NCBI RefSeq assembly: GCF_003334335.1
Contig: NZ_QOWQ01000167.1
Reading direction: 5' to 3' (one strand)
Source: Escherichia coli
Lineage (GTDB): Bacteria; Pseudomonadota; Gammaproteobacteria; Enterobacterales; Enterobacteriaceae
DNA length: 600 nt
Shown in pieces: positions 1-600 of this stretch. A program made the translations under genes and the position numbers. The notes under the pieces were generated by a model. It was not told the origin of the DNA. It saw nothing but the letters and a program-made list of their open reading frames with translations, and did not search any database. Every line of letters begins with the position of its first letter. Within the stretch, counting starts at the first letter, position 1.

Positions 1-191
1 AGACACTGGTCCAGCCACTTCAGGTAATCATCGTCGCCCTTCCACTGGTTATCCCAGCCCTCAGGCTTCACTTTAAAGTACGGCGGGTCCGTGACTATCA
101 GGTCAACAGAATTTTCGGGTAACGACCGGATAAATTCCAGGCAGTCGGCGTTGATTAACTCACAACTGGATATTTTTACAGTATTAAGCAT
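1..191 (-). CDS. DNA amino-methyltransferase (probable N6-adenine, beta-class), 5' portion only; the gene runs off the left edge of the window
   Basis: Hand translation of the reverse complement from the ATG at 191..189 gives MLNTVKISSCELINADCLEFIRSLPENSVDLIVTDPPYFKVKPEGWDNQWKGDDDYLKWLDQCL, uninterrupted to position 1. An in-frame TGA sits immediately upstream (197..195), so the ORF cannot start earlier. The motif 'SVDLIVTDPPY' (DPPY encoded at 89..78) is the catalytic motif IV of amino-methyltransferases; its position ~35 residues from the N-terminus is the beta-class arrangement (YhdJ/CcrM/M.PvuII-like). D rather than S before PPY favours N6-adenine over N4-cytosine. This ORF is absent from the supplied track, presumably because it has no stop codon inside the window. 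Confidence 0.85.
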   Translation of the reverse strand, partial: MLNTVKISSCELINADCLEFIRSLPENSVDLIVTDPPYFKVKPEGWDNQWKGDDDYLKWLDQC

Positions 192-202
192 GGATCATTA
201 AG

Positions 203-210
203 CCTGTCTC
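203..210 (-). promoter_or_regulatory. weak candidate Shine-Dalgarno region for the methyltransferase gene
   Basis: Minus-strand 'GAGACAGG'; the AGG (205..203) is 11 nt upstream of the ATG at 191, a long spacer with weak complementarity. No better SD is visible. Confidence 0.3.
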
Positions 211-223
211 TGATAGGCTCATT

Positions 224-242
224 CTGCTTTTGCGCAAAGCAG
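224..242. repeat. short palindrome (7-5-7), candidate operator or leader hairpin upstream of the methyltransferase gene
   Basis: 'CTGCTTT' (224..230) and 'AAAGCAG' (236..242) are exact reverse complements separated by 'TGCGC'. Lies 33..51 nt upstream of the methyltransferase start codon. Confidence 0.45.
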
Positions 243-283
243 TGGGCCTGAGGTTTGCTTGTGATCCGGACGCATGAGCAGAT

Positions 284-314
284 GGCTGGTGAGTGCCCCT
301 AACACCCACCAGCC
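284..314. repeat. GC-rich inverted repeat / stable hairpin, function unknown
   Basis: 'GGCTGGTGaGTG' (284..295) pairs with 'CACcCACCAGCC' (303..314): 12 positions with one mismatch (292/306), 7-nt loop 'CCCCTAA'. Not followed by a T-tract on either strand, so not a canonical terminator. Confidence 0.55.
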
Positions 315-327
315 GCCCATTTACCAC

Positions 328-355
328 AAATAAAAAAGCCTTCACTGCGGAAGGC
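328..355 (-). terminator. putative Rho-independent terminator of the 65-aa ORF
   Basis: Minus-strand transcript would read GCCUUC-CGCAGU-GAAGGC (6-bp stem 338..343 / 350..355, 6-nt loop) followed directly by UUUUUUAUUU (337..328). The stem is short (4 GC pairs of 6), hence moderate confidence. The ORF's stop codon is embedded in the stem. Confidence 0.5.
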
Positions 356-539
356 GTCTGTAACAACCGAACTGATAGTCTGCCAGACCCGCCATAACCA
401 GCTGGGTCAGTATTAACTGGCAGCGTTCGCGTGAAAGGTAAGTATTCTGCGCAATCTCCCCGACTGTCGCCGGTTCGGTGGCACTTAATTCATTAAACAC
501 CACTCTGGCGGTTTCTGTCATATCCTGCTGTTTTAGCAT
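342..539 (-). CDS. small (65 aa) hypothetical protein, putative winged-helix/HTH DNA-binding regulator
   Basis: Part of the supplied 77-aa minus-strand ORF (342..575). I place the start at the ATG at 539..537 (MLKQQDMTETARVVFNELSATEPATVGEIAQNTYLSRERCQLILTQLVMAGLADYQFGCYRRLPQ) because it has an SD-like 'AAGGG' (552..548) 8 nt upstream, whereas the track's start at 575 is a TTG with no usable SD spacing. The stretch 'TVGEIAQNTYLSRERCQLILTQLVMAGL' has the helix / turn / recognition-helix pattern seen in winged-helix regulators. The stop TGA (344..342) lies inside a terminator-like hairpin. Coding status is moderately supported; the functional call is by eye only. Confidence 0.6.
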   Translation of the reverse strand: MLKQQDMTETARVVFNELSATEPATVGEIAQNTYLSRERCQLILTQLVMAGLADYQFGCYRRLPQ

Positions 540-547
540 GTCTTTTT

Positions 548-552
548 CCCTT
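548..552 (-). promoter_or_regulatory. Shine-Dalgarno-like site for the 65-aa ORF
   Basis: Minus-strand 'AAGGG' followed by an 8-nt spacer ('AAAAAGAC') and the ATG at 539..537. Confidence 0.5.
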
Positions 553-600
553 TTCCGGTTAACGTGACACACCAATAACTCTTGTCGAAAAAGCCAGCAA

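Noticed and set aside
203-238. Candidate sigma70 promoter elements for the methyltransferase (minus-strand 'TTGCGC' ... 'TATCAG', also 'CAGAAT' at 226..221)
   Set aside because: Matches to consensus are weak (3/6 and 4/6, with a non-consensus final base in the -10 candidate) and the implied start site would fall on the SD. Not reportable as a promoter without transcript mapping.
184-366. Supplied 60-aa minus-strand ORF (MLQTPSAVKAFLFVVNGRLVGVRGTHQPSAHASGSQANLRPTALRKSRMSLSETGLMIHA)
   Set aside because: It starts at a TTG inside the coding region of the 65-aa gene, has no SD, runs straight through the terminator hairpin and both inverted repeats, and its composition looks like translated non-coding sequence. 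I treat 192..341 as intergenic and regulatory.
540-575. N-terminal extension of the HTH ORF to the TTG start at 575 (77-aa version, MVCHVNRKREKD...)
   Set aside because: The TTG has no usable SD (the only purine-rich stretch, 'AAGAG', is 3 nt away), while the internal ATG at 539 has 'AAGGG' at an 8-nt spacing. The extension would also put the SD of the favoured start inside coding sequence. Not excluded, but less likely.
560-588. Candidate promoter upstream of the 65-aa gene (minus-strand 'TCGACA' at 588..583 as a -35)
   Set aside because: No acceptable -10 hexamer at 16-18 nt spacing ('ACGTTA', 'CACGTT'). The real promoter is probably beyond the right edge of the window.
586-600. Minus-strand 'TTGCTGGC' followed by 'TTTTT' at the right edge, possibly the 3' arm and T-tract of a terminator from a gene beyond the window
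   Set aside because: The complementary 5' arm would lie outside the window, so the hairpin cannot be evaluated.
1-600. Other feature classes: CRISPR repeats, IS or transposon terminal inverted repeats, tRNA or rRNA, direct repeats suggesting an att site
   Set aside because: No repeated spacer-repeat periodicity, no terminal-repeat pairs, and no tRNA-like cloverleaf segments were seen; the only repeats are the three local inverted repeats already listed.

Overview
Both supportable genes are on the minus strand. At the left edge (1..191) is the 5' end of a DNA amino-methyltransferase gene, read by hand as MLNTVKISSCELINADCLEFIRSLPENSVDLIVTDPPYFKVKPEGWDNQWKGDDDYLKWLDQCL..., with a DPPY catalytic motif near the N-terminus (beta-class N6-adenine/N4-cytosine family). 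Upstream of it (342..539) is a 65-aa ORF whose residue pattern suggests a small winged-helix/HTH DNA-binding protein. It ends inside a hairpin followed by a T-tract, a probable intrinsic terminator. The ~150-bp spacer between the genes holds two further inverted repeats (284..314 and 224..242) and two GATC sites, one between the putative SD and the methyltransferase start codon. No rRNA, tRNA, CRISPR or transposon end is visible. The window is too short to say whether this is an orphan methyltransferase (phage, plasmid or island) or the start of a restriction-modification or defence locus. I see a plausible regulator-plus-methyltransferase module with a structured control region, not a demonstrable novel system. 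All family calls are from reading the sequence; no database search was run.
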